Assembly: GCA_963718305.1 (NCBI GenBank) | Contig: CAVQZG010000009.1 | Location: forward strand, 166,791-230,790 | Origin: an uncultured Actinomycetes bacterium | GTDB taxonomy: Bacteria; Actinomycetota; Actinomycetes; Streptosporangiales; Streptosporangiaceae | Direction: 5' to 3' | Length of the DNA stretch: 64,000 nucleotides | Shown: positions 9,258 to 18,462 of the stretch, one piece after another | Numbering within the stretch: the first letter of the stretch is position 1 | How the letters are laid out: each line of letters opens with the position of its first letter | Notes under the pieces: generated by a model | What the model saw: the letters and a program-made list of their open reading frames with translations, nothing else | The model's database searches: none | What the model was told of the DNA's origin: nothing | Program-made: the position numbers and the translations under genes

Positions 9258-10082
9258 CTACCCCTTGCGGGCTACGCCAGCGAACGCGTTGACGACGACG
9301 TGGGGGTTGGCCTCGCCCCGCCATTCCGGCATCCCCACCAGCCCGGGCTCGACCAGGTCCAGGCCGTCGAAGTACGCGGCGATCTGGGCGCGCGGCCGGG
9401 GAGTCAGCCGGGTGGGACCCATCCGGGGATTGATCTTCGAGGCGACGCGGCTGGCGCCGTCGCCGATGTCGGTCGTGGTGTCCGAGATCACCAGGAAGCT
9501 GCCCGACGGCACCGCCTCCATCAGCTCGGAGACGATCTGCTCCGGGTGATCAGAGTCAGGAATGTACTGCAGCACCATCAGGGCCATCACGGCCACCGGC
9601 TGGGTGAAGTCCAGCAGGCCGGCCGCCGATTCAATGATCTTGGCCGTGTCCCGGGCGTCGGCATCCACGTACGCGGTGGCGCCCTCGGGTGTGCTGGTCA
9701 GCAGCGCGCGGGCGTGAGCCAGCACAATCGGGTCGTTGTCCACGTAGACGACCCGCGACTCGGCAGCGATGCCCTGCGCGACCTCGTGGGTGTTATCGGC
9801 GGTGGGCAGCCCGGTGCCCACGTCGAGGAACTGCCGGATGCCCTGCCCGGCCACGAACTCGACCGCGCGCCGCAGGAAGGCCCGGTTGGCGCGCACGCCC
9901 GGGAGGATGTCCGGGGTGACCGCGATAGCCTGCTCGGCGGCCTGGCGGTCAGCCTCGTAGTTGTCCTTCCCGCCGAGCCAGTAGTTGTAGATCCGGGCCG
10001 GATGAGCGACCGACGTGTCGAAGGACAGCGAGTCGCCTGCCGTGCTCTCCGCCGCCGGGTCGTCGTGGTCCTGGGTGCTCAT
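9258..10082 (-). CDS. SAM-dependent methyltransferase (DUF574 family)
   Basis: ARIYNYWLGGKDNYEADR signature and FLDVGTGLPT SAM motif I. Confidence 0.85.
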   Translation of the reverse strand: MSTQDHDDPAAESTAGDSLSFDTSVAHPARIYNYWLGGKDNYEADRQAAEQAIAVTPDILPGVRANRAFLRRAVEFVAGQGIRQFLDVGTGLPTADNTHEVAQGIAAESRVVYVDNDPIVLAHARALLTSTPEGATAYVDADARDTAKIIESAAGLLDFTQPVAVMALMVLQYIPDSDHPEQIVSELMEAVPSGSFLVISDTTTDIGDGASRVASKINPRMGPTRLTPRPRAQIAAYFDGLDLVEPGLVGMPEWRGEANPHVVVNAFAGVARKG

Positions 10083-10215
10083 GTGGCTCGTGCCCTTCCC
10101 GTCTGCCGCTCAGCATGCTGTCATCCAGGCCCCAACCTATCCGCTTCCCCGGGAGTGGTCATCGTCTGCGCCATGCGCCTCCTGGCGGAGGGAGCTGCTC
10201 TTCTACAGTGATGAG

Positions 10216-10845
10216 ATGGACGCCGCGCAACGCCAGCTCTACGACCAGATCGACGACGCGACGCAGCGCCTGCTCGGCACGGCCCGGGTGATCGCCGAGC
10301 CGGATCTGCGGCAGCCATCGCTGCTGCCGGGCTGGACGAGGGCCCACGTGCTGGCCCACCTGGCCCGCAACTCGGACGCGATGCGGGCCCTGCTGGTCGG
10401 CGCGCGGTCCGGCCAGGACCGCCCGGCGTACGCCAGCAGCGAGGCCCGGGACGCCGATATCGAGCGCGACTCGGCCCAGGGGGCCAAGGATCTGGTGGCT
10501 GACGTGGCCGACTCCGCGATGGCGCTGCGCACCATAGCCCGGCAGCTGCCCGATCAGGCCTGGGCGTACCCGGTGCGGATCCTTGACTCGGCGCCGTTCC
10601 CCGCGGTGCAGCTCCTCACCCGGCGGCTGGTCGAGGTCGAGCTCCATCATTGCGACCTGGCCGCGGGCTACGGCCCGGCCGACTGGCCAGGCACCTTCGC
10701 GTCCCTGGGGCTGGCGGAGCCGATGCGCACGCAGCGCGAGGACCGGCTCAGCCGGCCGCAGGAACTTCTGGACAGCGTGCCCCCGCCCCGCCCCGCACGG
10801 GTGCCGGGACAGCCCAGGAAAGGGATCGGCCCTCTGTTCTTCTGA
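10216..10845 (+). CDS. maleylpyruvate isomerase-family mycothiol-dependent (DinB-like) enzyme
   Basis: ATG 10216 (MDAAQRQLYDQIDDATQRLL..) and ..GWTRAHVLAHLARNSDAM.. DinB/MDMPI N-terminal motif. The track ORF start 10015 overlaps the divergent methyltransferase and is unlikely. Confidence 0.7.
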   Translation: MDAAQRQLYDQIDDATQRLLGTARVIAEPDLRQPSLLPGWTRAHVLAHLARNSDAMRALLVGARSGQDRPAYASSEARDADIERDSAQGAKDLVADVADSAMALRTIARQLPDQAWAYPVRILDSAPFPAVQLLTRRLVEVELHHCDLAAGYGPADWPGTFASLGLAEPMRTQREDRLSRPQELLDSVPPPRPARVPGQPRKGIGPLFF

Positions 10846-10920
10846 CCACGGATGCGGTAAGCCTTGCCCTGACAGTGGTCAACGACGACCCTGAATGGTC
10901 GCCGGGAAAAGGGGATTCCC

Positions 10921-11712
10921 ATGGGCAGGCTTAGCAAGTTCTTTACTATTGCCACGGCGGCGGCGGCACTCGTTCTGCCGGCCGGTTTAACAGCTACTGC
11001 GGCCAGCGCCGCCACCGGTCCGGTCACGCCCACCAAAGAACAAGCCGGATATCAATTTACGGAGGCGCAGTTCCGCTACGCCCAGGCCAGCGTGTACCTG
11101 CGCAACGCCAGTCAGTACAGCGCTTTCATCGGCGGGCTCGGCCAGTCGGTTCAGTTCTGGGGCGGCGGCAGGGTATACGTCCTAGGCGTGTCCAATACCA
11201 CCACCACCAGCCCGTGGTCGCCCAATGTGGCGGTGTTCAACAATTCCACCCACTCCCTGGTCTGCGCCGCATCGCTGGGCAACTGCCAGGACGCGTCCGG
11301 CGGGTTCGGGTCCACCAGCTACCCTGTCGGGCACACCGTGCAGGAAGCGATCTTCTACAACCAGGGAAATGGTGACCTCACCTTCACCGTGGACGACCTG
11401 ACCGTGCACACCACCTCCACGTTCACGCTGAACGTCGGGACCGGTGTTTCCTTCAAGGAGGTCCGGATCGGCTCCGAGTTCGGCGACACCCCCTGGAGCG
11501 GGCCGGCCTTCACACCGCCCGCCTCCCAGACCAAGGTGGCCGCATTCAGCGGGGGTCAGCTGACCAACTACAAGGGCACCAAGCTCGCGTTCTCGGGCTA
11601 CTTCACCACCTCGCAGCTGATCATGACCGGCGCCGGGAGTGTGACCGAGGCGAACGCCGGGCCGCTGAACTCCACGGCGAACGGCTTCAGCACCTTCCTG
11701 GTGCCGCAGTAG
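10921..11712 (+). CDS. secreted protein, distant G1-peptidase-fold paralogue without obvious catalytic motifs
   Basis: Signal peptide ..AAAALVLPAGLTATAASA. Segmental similarity to the 6104-6961 protein: GDLTFTVDD vs TSYTLKVTD, EVRIGSEFG vs AEWIAEAPS, QLIMTGAGSVTEANAGPLNSTANGFSTFL vs ELTMINSSGATKALPGALNSNGNGFGVTW. Confidence 0.7.
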   Translation: MGRLSKFFTIATAAAALVLPAGLTATAASAATGPVTPTKEQAGYQFTEAQFRYAQASVYLRNASQYSAFIGGLGQSVQFWGGGRVYVLGVSNTTTTSPWSPNVAVFNNSTHSLVCAASLGNCQDASGGFGSTSYPVGHTVQEAIFYNQGNGDLTFTVDDLTVHTTSTFTLNVGTGVSFKEVRIGSEFGDTPWSGPAFTPPASQTKVAAFSGGQLTNYKGTKLAFSGYFTTSQLIMTGAGSVTEANAGPLNSTANGFSTFLVPQ

Positions 11713-11738
11713 CAAACGCCAGGGCTGAGGAAGAGTCC

Positions 11739-13652
11739 TCAGGCGAGTACGCGGGTCAGGGCGGGCGCCACGTCCGCGAGGGTCCGGACGGGCTGGCTCA
11801 GGCCATGTCCCCGGCGGGCCAGGGCCGTGGCCGCCCGCTCTGCTTCCGCGGTCGGCAGCGGGCAGAGCACGTGCAGCCGGCTGATCCCGGTCAGCGCCCG
11901 GGCGGGATCCCCGCCCGCCGTGCGCAGGCAGTCAGATAGCAGCAGCACCACCCGTTCGTCGGCGGTCACGGCGGCCAGCTGGGCCGCGGCCGCGCGGAGC
12001 GCGGCGGCGAGGTCGGTGACACCGTGCCCGCGCAGGGCCAGCAGGTCACTGACGACCTGATCAGGCGCGCCGGGCCTGCCCTGGGCATGCAGGACGGTGG
12101 TGTCGCCGCTGAAGGTAATGATGCCGGGGGCGAGCCGGCCGTCCGCCGCGAGGACCAGGCTCGCGGCAGCCACCGAGGCGATGGCCACGGCCAGGCCGGA
12201 CATCGAGCCGCTGCTGTCGATGAGCAGGCACAATGCGCGGCGGTGCGCATACCAGGAGCGGGTCACCAGGTCATCGGCCCCGGGCGGCCAGATCCCCGAC
12301 CACTGGTCGAGGGTCCGGTCCAGGTCGAGGTCCCCCTCGGTCCGGCCGGGGCCGAGGCGGCGGGCGCCCCGGGCGGGCTGGCGGCCGGTGCGCGCCAGCC
12401 GGACGAAGACCCGCGCGGCCAGCCGCCGGGCCGCGGCGCGCAGCTCACGGTCGGTGGCGCGAGCCAGCTCGGGCAAGATGGTCACGGCGGCGTCCGGGTC
12501 GGTGGCCAGCAGCCGGGCGAACGCCTCCTCGTCGAGCCGCCCCAGCTCCGGCGAGACCTCCGCGAACGACGAGTAGCGGGCGGCGAGCTCAGCCCGGCTG
12601 ATGCTCCGCCGGGCGGTGCCCCGGCCCCGGTCGCGGCGGGTCGCGGACGCCGAGGTGCGGCGCTGGCTGGCCCCGTCCCGGCTGGTGCCTGCCGCGGCCG
12701 GCGGCAGGCGGTCAGCTTTTCCCTGGCCGTCCAGGGACCCGGCGCCAGGGTCATCGGGAGCTCCATCACCGGGAGCTCCGTCGCCGGGAGGAGGCAGCGG
12801 ATCCGGCTCGCCGTCCGGCCAGAGCTCGCTCAGCAGCTCGTCCAGCACGGACTCCGGGGTCCGCTCACATCCATCGGCGATCCGGATCCGCCCGGACAGC
12901 GCGGCGTGCGCGGCGTCACGGGCGCTGGCCCGCGTCATCTGCGGCTCGCCACGCAGCCGGAGCAGGCCGTCCAGCAGCAGGACCAGGTCGATGGCGCCGC
13001 GCACCGAGGAGCCCATCCGGACGTCCGGATGCTCCCGGGTGGCCCGGGTGAACGTCACCGCGAAGTCCACCACCGGCCCGCGGTGGCCGGTGACCGCCGT
13101 GGTGATCTCCCGTTCTCCCGGGGCGTCCTGATAACCGAGGACGACCCGGCAGATCCGGTCGGCGATGGCGTGGCTGACCCGGGCGGTCCCGATCGCGTCG
13201 AACGGGTTCATGGCCGCGACCAGCCGGAACCCCGTAGCCGCCCGCACCGGGCCCAGCCGGGGCACCGCGATCTCGCCCTCGGTGAGCACGGTGATCAGGA
13301 CGTTGAGGGTTTCCTCCGGGACCCGGTTGAACTCCTCCAGGTAGAGCAGGGCACCCGAGCGCATGGCCGCCAGCAGCGGCCCGTCGGTGAAGCTGGCCGG
13401 GACGTAGCCCTCGGCGAGCACCTGCGCCGGGTCGTACTGCCCGATCAGCCGGGCCGGGGTGAGCTCGGCGTTGCCCTCAACGAAGACCACGACGGTGCCG
13501 GCCTCCCGGGCGATGTCGCGCAGCAGCGTGGACTTGCCGGTGCCCGGCGGCCCCTCGATGACCACGTGCCGGCCCGTCGCCAGCGCCACGGTGAGCACTT
13601 CACGCTCCCGCTGGAGGCCGACGACGGGCGGTGGCCCGGCGGGCTGCGTCAT
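11739..13652 (-). CDS. AAA+ ATPase (MoxR/ChlI-like) fused to a C-terminal von Willebrand A domain (ChlD-like architecture)
   Basis: Walker A GPPGTGKS and Walker B-like LLYLEEFN. A roughly 130-aa Pro/Gly/Asp/Arg-rich linker precedes a C-terminal VWA domain with MIDAS-type DSSGSMSG. Confidence 0.85.
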   Translation of the reverse strand: MTQPAGPPPVVGLQREREVLTVALATGRHVVIEGPPGTGKSTLLRDIAREAGTVVVFVEGNAELTPARLIGQYDPAQVLAEGYVPASFTDGPLLAAMRSGALLYLEEFNRVPEETLNVLITVLTEGEIAVPRLGPVRAATGFRLVAAMNPFDAIGTARVSHAIADRICRVVLGYQDAPGEREITTAVTGHRGPVVDFAVTFTRATREHPDVRMGSSVRGAIDLVLLLDGLLRLRGEPQMTRASARDAAHAALSGRIRIADGCERTPESVLDELLSELWPDGEPDPLPPPGDGAPGDGAPDDPGAGSLDGQGKADRLPPAAAGTSRDGASQRRTSASATRRDRGRGTARRSISRAELAARYSSFAEVSPELGRLDEEAFARLLATDPDAAVTILPELARATDRELRAAARRLAARVFVRLARTGRQPARGARRLGPGRTEGDLDLDRTLDQWSGIWPPGADDLVTRSWYAHRRALCLLIDSSGSMSGLAVAIASVAAASLVLAADGRLAPGIITFSGDTTVLHAQGRPGAPDQVVSDLLALRGHGVTDLAAALRAAAAQLAAVTADERVVLLLSDCLRTAGGDPARALTGISRLHVLCPLPTAEAERAATALARRGHGLSQPVRTLADVAPALTRVLA

Positions 13653-13696
13653 CCTCCTGGGCTCACGACGGGCCCTCCGCCGTGAGCCGTCCCGGG

Positions 13697-14809
13697 TCAG
13701 GTGTCATACACGATGACGCCGCGGATGTTCTTGCCGTCGACCAGATCCTGGTAGCCCTGGTTGACCTGGTCCAGGGTGTAGGTGGACGTGATCAGCTCAT
13801 CCAGCTTCAGGTCCCCGGACTGGTACAGCTCGACCATGCGGGGGATGTCGGCGAACGGGTCACCAGAACCGAACAGGCTGCCCTGGATGCGCTTCTCGAA
13901 CAGGGTCAGGATCGCGCCGGGCAGCTCGATGGTGTTCTTGCTGGGGTCGGCCAGGCCGGTCACCACCACGGTGCCGCCCTTGCGGATCGCGTTGAACGCG
14001 CTGGTCACGACCTCCGAGGTGACCACGCCGACCGTGACGATGGCCTTGTCCGCACCCACGCCCCGGGTCAGCTGGGTGATCAGCTCCTGGGCCTGCTCCG
14101 CGGTCTCGCAGCTGTGCGTGGCACCGAGCTGCTCGGCGGCCTCACGCTTGTTGGCCAGCGGGTCGATGGCCACCACATTGCGCGCTCCGGCCAGCGCGGC
14201 GCCCTGCACCGAGTTGATCCCGATGCCGCCGATGCCGTAGATGGCGATGGTGTCACCCGGCTCGGTCGCCGCGGCGTGCACCGCGGAGCCGAAACCGGTG
14301 GGCACCCCGCAGCCGATCAGCACGACCTTGTCCAGCGGCAGGTCCGAGTCGACCTTGATCGCCGAGTTCTCGGAAATGGTCGAGTACTCGGAGAACGTGC
14401 CGAGCATGCACATCCCGCCGAGGTCCGCGCCGTTCTCGTGGAACCGGTAGGTGCCGTCCGGCAGCACGCCGTCCAGGATGGTGGCCCCCAGGTCGCACAG
14501 GTTCGACTTGCCGGTCGAGCACCACCGGCAATGCCCGCAGACCGGCAGGAACGAGCAGATCACGTGGTCACCGGGCTTCAGCCGGGTGACGCCCGCGCCG
14601 ACTTCCTCGATGATCCCCGCGCCTTCGTGGCCGCCCACGATCGGGAACCGGGGCACGATGTCGCCGTGCCGCAGGTGCTCGTCGGAGTGGCACAGGCCGG
14701 CCGCCACGTAGCGGATCAGCACCTCGCCCGCCTTGGGAGGATCCAGGTCGAGCTCCGTTATCTCGAAGTCCTGGCCAACTCCGCGCAGCACCGCGGCCTT
14801 GGTCTTCAT
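13697..14809 (-). CDS. zinc-dependent alcohol dehydrogenase (NDMA-dependent ADH-like)
   Basis: GLCHSDEH and GHEGAGIIEEVG zinc motifs, structural-zinc CGHCRWC and Rossmann YGIGGIG. Confidence 0.9.
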   Translation of the reverse strand: MKTKAAVLRGVGQDFEITELDLDPPKAGEVLIRYVAAGLCHSDEHLRHGDIVPRFPIVGGHEGAGIIEEVGAGVTRLKPGDHVICSFLPVCGHCRWCSTGKSNLCDLGATILDGVLPDGTYRFHENGADLGGMCMLGTFSEYSTISENSAIKVDSDLPLDKVVLIGCGVPTGFGSAVHAAATEPGDTIAIYGIGGIGINSVQGAALAGARNVVAIDPLANKREAAEQLGATHSCETAEQAQELITQLTRGVGADKAIVTVGVVTSEVVTSAFNAIRKGGTVVVTGLADPSKNTIELPGAILTLFEKRIQGSLFGSGDPFADIPRMVELYQSGDLKLDELITSTYTLDQVNQGYQDLVDGKNIRGVIVYDT

Positions 14810-14921
14810 TGACCCTCCCGGAGATAGTGATCGTGGTTGCCACCCTAGATCCGGTATTCGCGGCGGGCCAGCCCCTCAGCTGCCGCCGCTCGTCTCAAGT
14901 CGTCACACGTCGCTCAGGTAG

Positions 14922-15557
14922 TCAGGCTGGCCGGGCGTAGCTGGCCGTGAAGAACCGGCCGTGCGCCCCGGCGGCGGGCTGATCGGCGAATTCGGCCTCG
15001 CGCAGGCCCGCCTGGATGAAACCGCGCAGCTCGCTGCGGCTGACCGGCCAGGGACGGGAGACCGGCGGCTCGCGGTCATCTCGCGCCAGACAGCGCACGA
15101 AGACCCGGCCGCCCGGTGCCACCGTCGCCGCGATGGCCGCGGTCGCGTCCGCCCGCTGCGGCAGCGGCAGTGACTGCAGCGTCCGGATCTCCACCACCAG
15201 GCCGAATGCCCCGTCCCAGCTGGCAGGCAGGTGGAAGAGGTCGGCGACCTGGTAGTCCACGGCCGACCCGGGAAACCTCTCGTGGCAGTGCCGGATCGCG
15301 GTCGGCGACAGGTCGAACGCGGTGACCTGGTAGCCCCGCCGGGCGACCTCCTCGGCGTCGTCCCCCAGACCGCAGCCGATAACCAGGGCGTGGTCCCCGG
15401 CCGGTGCGGGTTGCTGGTCCAGCCAGCTCACCAGGGCCGGGTTCGCGGCCAGTGCCGCCCAGGGGATCGCGCCGAAATCCTGGCCCGCGCGAGCGTAGAT
15501 CTCCTCGAACGCCGCAAGTTGGTCCGTATCCCGCCGGGGGTCCTGGTCAGCGTCCAC
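14922..15557 (-). CDS. class I SAM-dependent methyltransferase
   Basis: Motif I LVIGCGLGDD followed by acidic-loop TAFDLSP; 211 aa. Confidence 0.8.
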   Translation of the reverse strand: MDADQDPRRDTDQLAAFEEIYARAGQDFGAIPWAALAANPALVSWLDQQPAPAGDHALVIGCGLGDDAEEVARRGYQVTAFDLSPTAIRHCHERFPGSAVDYQVADLFHLPASWDGAFGLVVEIRTLQSLPLPQRADATAAIAATVAPGGRVFVRCLARDDREPPVSRPWPVSRSELRGFIQAGLREAEFADQPAAGAHGRFFTASYARPA

Positions 15558-15600
15558 ACCGCCGGAGCATAGCCGCGCCGCGGACGATGCCCGGATGGAG

Positions 15601-15635
15601 CAGGCCCCGCCCGCGGGGGGGGCGGGCGGGGCCTG
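15601..15635 (-). terminator. terminator-like hairpin downstream of the beta-helix gene
   Basis: 14-bp perfect stem caggccccgcccgc (15601-15614) / gcgggcggggcctg (15622-15635) with a G7 loop, 46 nt beyond the stop at 15682. Confidence 0.55.
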
Positions 15636-15681
15636 CGTGAGCCCGGTAGATGGTCCGGGCTAGCCGGTCAGCCGATCGTCG

Positions 15682-17661
15682 TCAGGGGTAACTGACGACG
15701 TAGCTGGGACCGGGGCTATCGGTGGTCACCGCGGCCCCGGTGCCGTTCACGACGTGGTCGATGCTGCCCGAGCCGTTCAGGAAACGGGTCAACACGTCGT
15801 TCAGCTGGACACCGGGGGTGTCGGGCACCAGGAACGCGGTGGCGGACTCGATCGGCACGCCCTGGTTGAAGAAGCAGTAGCTGCCCATCCCGTACCCGGT
15901 GAAGCTGGTGACCTTGGGCGAGATGACGAAGGCCGGGTAGCCGTCCGTGGTAGCGCTGGACATCCAGGCGGCCTGGCTGGGCGGGTCATAGGGCATCTCG
16001 TTCTGGAAGAAGATGTCCTCGCCGCCCTGGCCGTTCCAGATGACCTCGTTCTTCTGGTAGTGCTCCACGGCCAGGCCGTAAGCGGTCACATCGTTACCGT
16101 TGACGATGAGGCCGGTGTCGGCGGTGTTGCTGGTCCAGCCCACGCCCGCGCCGTGATCCGCGCGCCAGGCCCAGATGTCATCGAGGATGACATGGGAGCT
16201 GTTGACCACCAGGCTGTCGGTGGCCGAGCCCGCCGTGGCCCCGCCGATGCGGAAGAACACGTCCTGCACCAGCGTGGGATCGGCGGCGCTGCCGGTCCCC
16301 GCGGCCAGCGGGCCGCCGACCTGAAGCAGCACCGGCGAGTTCTTCGGCCCGGCGTCGAAGATCATTCCTGAGAGCTTGACCCCGGGGACCCCCAGCACCT
16401 GCATGGCCGCGGTGCCGTTCTGCGGGACCAGGGTCGGGAAGCCCAGGCCGAGCACGATCGTGTTCGGGCGCGTGACCAGGATCGGTGCCTTCAGGTCGTA
16501 GACCCCGGGGGTCAGGAGCAGGTTCTTGCCCAGGGCCAGCGCGGCGTCGATGGCCAGCACCGGCGTGGACGGTGTGGCGATGAAGAACTTGCTGATCGGG
16601 ACCGACGTGCCTGCGGCGGCGCCGCCCTGCCAGCTCGTGCCCGAGGAGTTGTGCTGCAGGGCCGGCACGAACACGCTGTAGTTCCCGGCCGCGTCGGTCT
16701 GCAGGAACGGCTCCTCCTGGGTCACCGGGCTGGTGGGCAGCGTGGTGTAGGGCCCCCCGGCGGCCGTCGGCGGGAAGATCGTCGGCGGGGCGCCGATGTC
16801 CCCGGAGAAGACCTGATTCCAGACGCCGTTGCTCCAGCCGTCCAGGTTGCTGTTGCGCACGATGAACTGCTGCTGCGAGCCGTTGATCACGGTGCCGCCG
16901 GAGAACGACGAGTCGGCGATGAACCCGCCGCTGGCGTACTGAGGCCCGGCCGAGCAGTAGTCCATCAGGGACAGGTTGCCGCCGGTGACGTTCACCCGGC
17001 GCATCGGCGCCGCCTGGGAGACAGCCCAGAAGTCGGTGCCGGACTGGCAGCCCGTCTGGCCGCTGATGTTGATCGTCAGGTTGGACAGGGAGCGCCAGAA
17101 GTTATCCAGGGCGATGCAGTTGCTGCTGCCGTCGGTGGTGGGGAAGCACTGGTTGTACACGTCGATCGTGCCGTTGATGGTGACATCCCCGGGCACCCCG
17201 CCCAGGCCCGCCACCTCGGTGTAGTAGCCCACCTGGAAGGTCAGCGGGTTGGCGGCCGAGCCGTAGGTGCCGGGCTCGAACAGCAGCGCGTAGCGCTGGG
17301 TGCCGAACTGGTTGGAGATCTGCTGGTTGGCGATCGAGTTCACCGTGGCCTGGATCTGGCTCTGCGGCATGCTCGGGGTGAAGACGTACACGTTCGGGCC
17401 GAAGTCAGGCTCGCCCGCCAGGTGAACGGCGGGGCTGACCGTGGCCGGGGCGGCCGCCCGGGCGGGGGCGGCCGGCTTCGCGGAAGCGGCCCAGGCCGGT
17501 GCGGCGGACAGTCCCGCGGCGCCGAGGACGGCTACGGCCAGGATCACGGCGCGGCGGAGGCGGCGGGCCGGGCCGGAGAGTCTCCGCTCCCGCCTCGGAC
17601 CCGTACCGGTCCCTGTCTCGCTGGTTCCTGCTGTACTGCTGCGGGGGGATCTCAGGTTCAT
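15682..17661 (-). CDS. secreted right-handed beta-helix (pectin-lyase-fold) protein, probable polysaccharide hydrolase
   Basis: Arg-rich Tat-like signal ..RRLRRAVILAVAVLGAAGLSAAPAWA. Long Gly/Asn/Thr-rich repetitive body (..VTINGTIDVYNQC.., ..NVTGGNLSLMDYC.., ..GTVINGSQQQFIVRNSNLDGW..). Exact family not recognised. Confidence 0.7.
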   Translation of the reverse strand: MNLRSPRSSTAGTSETGTGTGPRRERRLSGPARRLRRAVILAVAVLGAAGLSAAPAWAASAKPAAPARAAAPATVSPAVHLAGEPDFGPNVYVFTPSMPQSQIQATVNSIANQQISNQFGTQRYALLFEPGTYGSAANPLTFQVGYYTEVAGLGGVPGDVTINGTIDVYNQCFPTTDGSSNCIALDNFWRSLSNLTINISGQTGCQSGTDFWAVSQAAPMRRVNVTGGNLSLMDYCSAGPQYASGGFIADSSFSGGTVINGSQQQFIVRNSNLDGWSNGVWNQVFSGDIGAPPTIFPPTAAGGPYTTLPTSPVTQEEPFLQTDAAGNYSVFVPALQHNSSGTSWQGGAAAGTSVPISKFFIATPSTPVLAIDAALALGKNLLLTPGVYDLKAPILVTRPNTIVLGLGFPTLVPQNGTAAMQVLGVPGVKLSGMIFDAGPKNSPVLLQVGGPLAAGTGSAADPTLVQDVFFRIGGATAGSATDSLVVNSSHVILDDIWAWRADHGAGVGWTSNTADTGLIVNGNDVTAYGLAVEHYQKNEVIWNGQGGEDIFFQNEMPYDPPSQAAWMSSATTDGYPAFVISPKVTSFTGYGMGSYCFFNQGVPIESATAFLVPDTPGVQLNDVLTRFLNGSGSIDHVVNGTGAAVTTDSPGPSYVVSYP

Positions 17662-17853
17662 CAGCGGTCCGTTCTGCCGGCAGCACCAGTGCTACCGCGC
17701 TCCGTCCGACAGCATCTCCTAGGGGAGACGGACCTCCAAGATCCCCATAACTGTTTTTATGACTTTTAAATAAAGGCCTGAACTAGGGGTGTGGCCAGGG
17801 CGGGTGGCCGGGGCCTACGGGCGCGACGGCGCGCAGTGGTGGTGGCAGGGCGC

Positions 17854-18462
17854 TCAGTGGTCGTGCAGGAGCTGCTCGAACGGGGTCACGGACGCGTACG
17901 GGTCCGCTTCGGCGGCAGGCTCCCGGTGCGCGATCAGCTCGGCCAGCTCGGCGCCGGCCCGGGCGATCCGGGCGGTGAGCGCCTCACCGGAGCCGTCCGC
18001 CGCGCCCCAGTCCTCGGTCGCCGCGAAGACCGCGGTCGGGACCGTGACGGCGCGCAGGTAGGTGAACAGCGGGCGGATCGCATGCTCCAGCGCGAGCGAG
18101 TGCCGGGCCGTGCCGCCCGTCGCCGCGATGAGCACCGTCTGGCCCGCCAGTGCGCCCGGGTCCAGCACGTCGAAGAACGACTTGAACAGGCCGTTGTAAG
18201 AGCCGCTGTACAGCGGGGTGACGGCGATCAGCCCGTCCGCGCGGAGCACCTGCTCGATGGCCTCGCGCAGCGCCGGGCCAGGGAACCCGGTGAGCAGGGC
18301 GTTGACGATGTCATGGGCCAGGTCGCGCAGCTCGATCGTGATCACCTTCGTCCCGGCCGGCAGCTGTGCGGCGGTAGCCGCGGCCAGCTTGTCGGCCAGC
18401 AGCCGGGTGGATGAGGGCTGGCCGAGCCCCGCCGAGATGACGGCGATGGTGCGCGGGGTCAT
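17854..18462 (-). CDS. NADPH-dependent FMN reductase
   Basis: Flavodoxin-like N-terminus IAVISAGLGQPSSTRLL. The ATG overlaps the upstream stop (ATGA at 18459-18462). Confidence 0.85.
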   Translation of the reverse strand: MTPRTIAVISAGLGQPSSTRLLADKLAAATAAQLPAGTKVITIELRDLAHDIVNALLTGFPGPALREAIEQVLRADGLIAVTPLYSGSYNGLFKSFFDVLDPGALAGQTVLIAATGGTARHSLALEHAIRPLFTYLRAVTVPTAVFAATEDWGAADGSGEALTARIARAGAELAELIAHREPAAEADPYASVTPFEQLLHDH

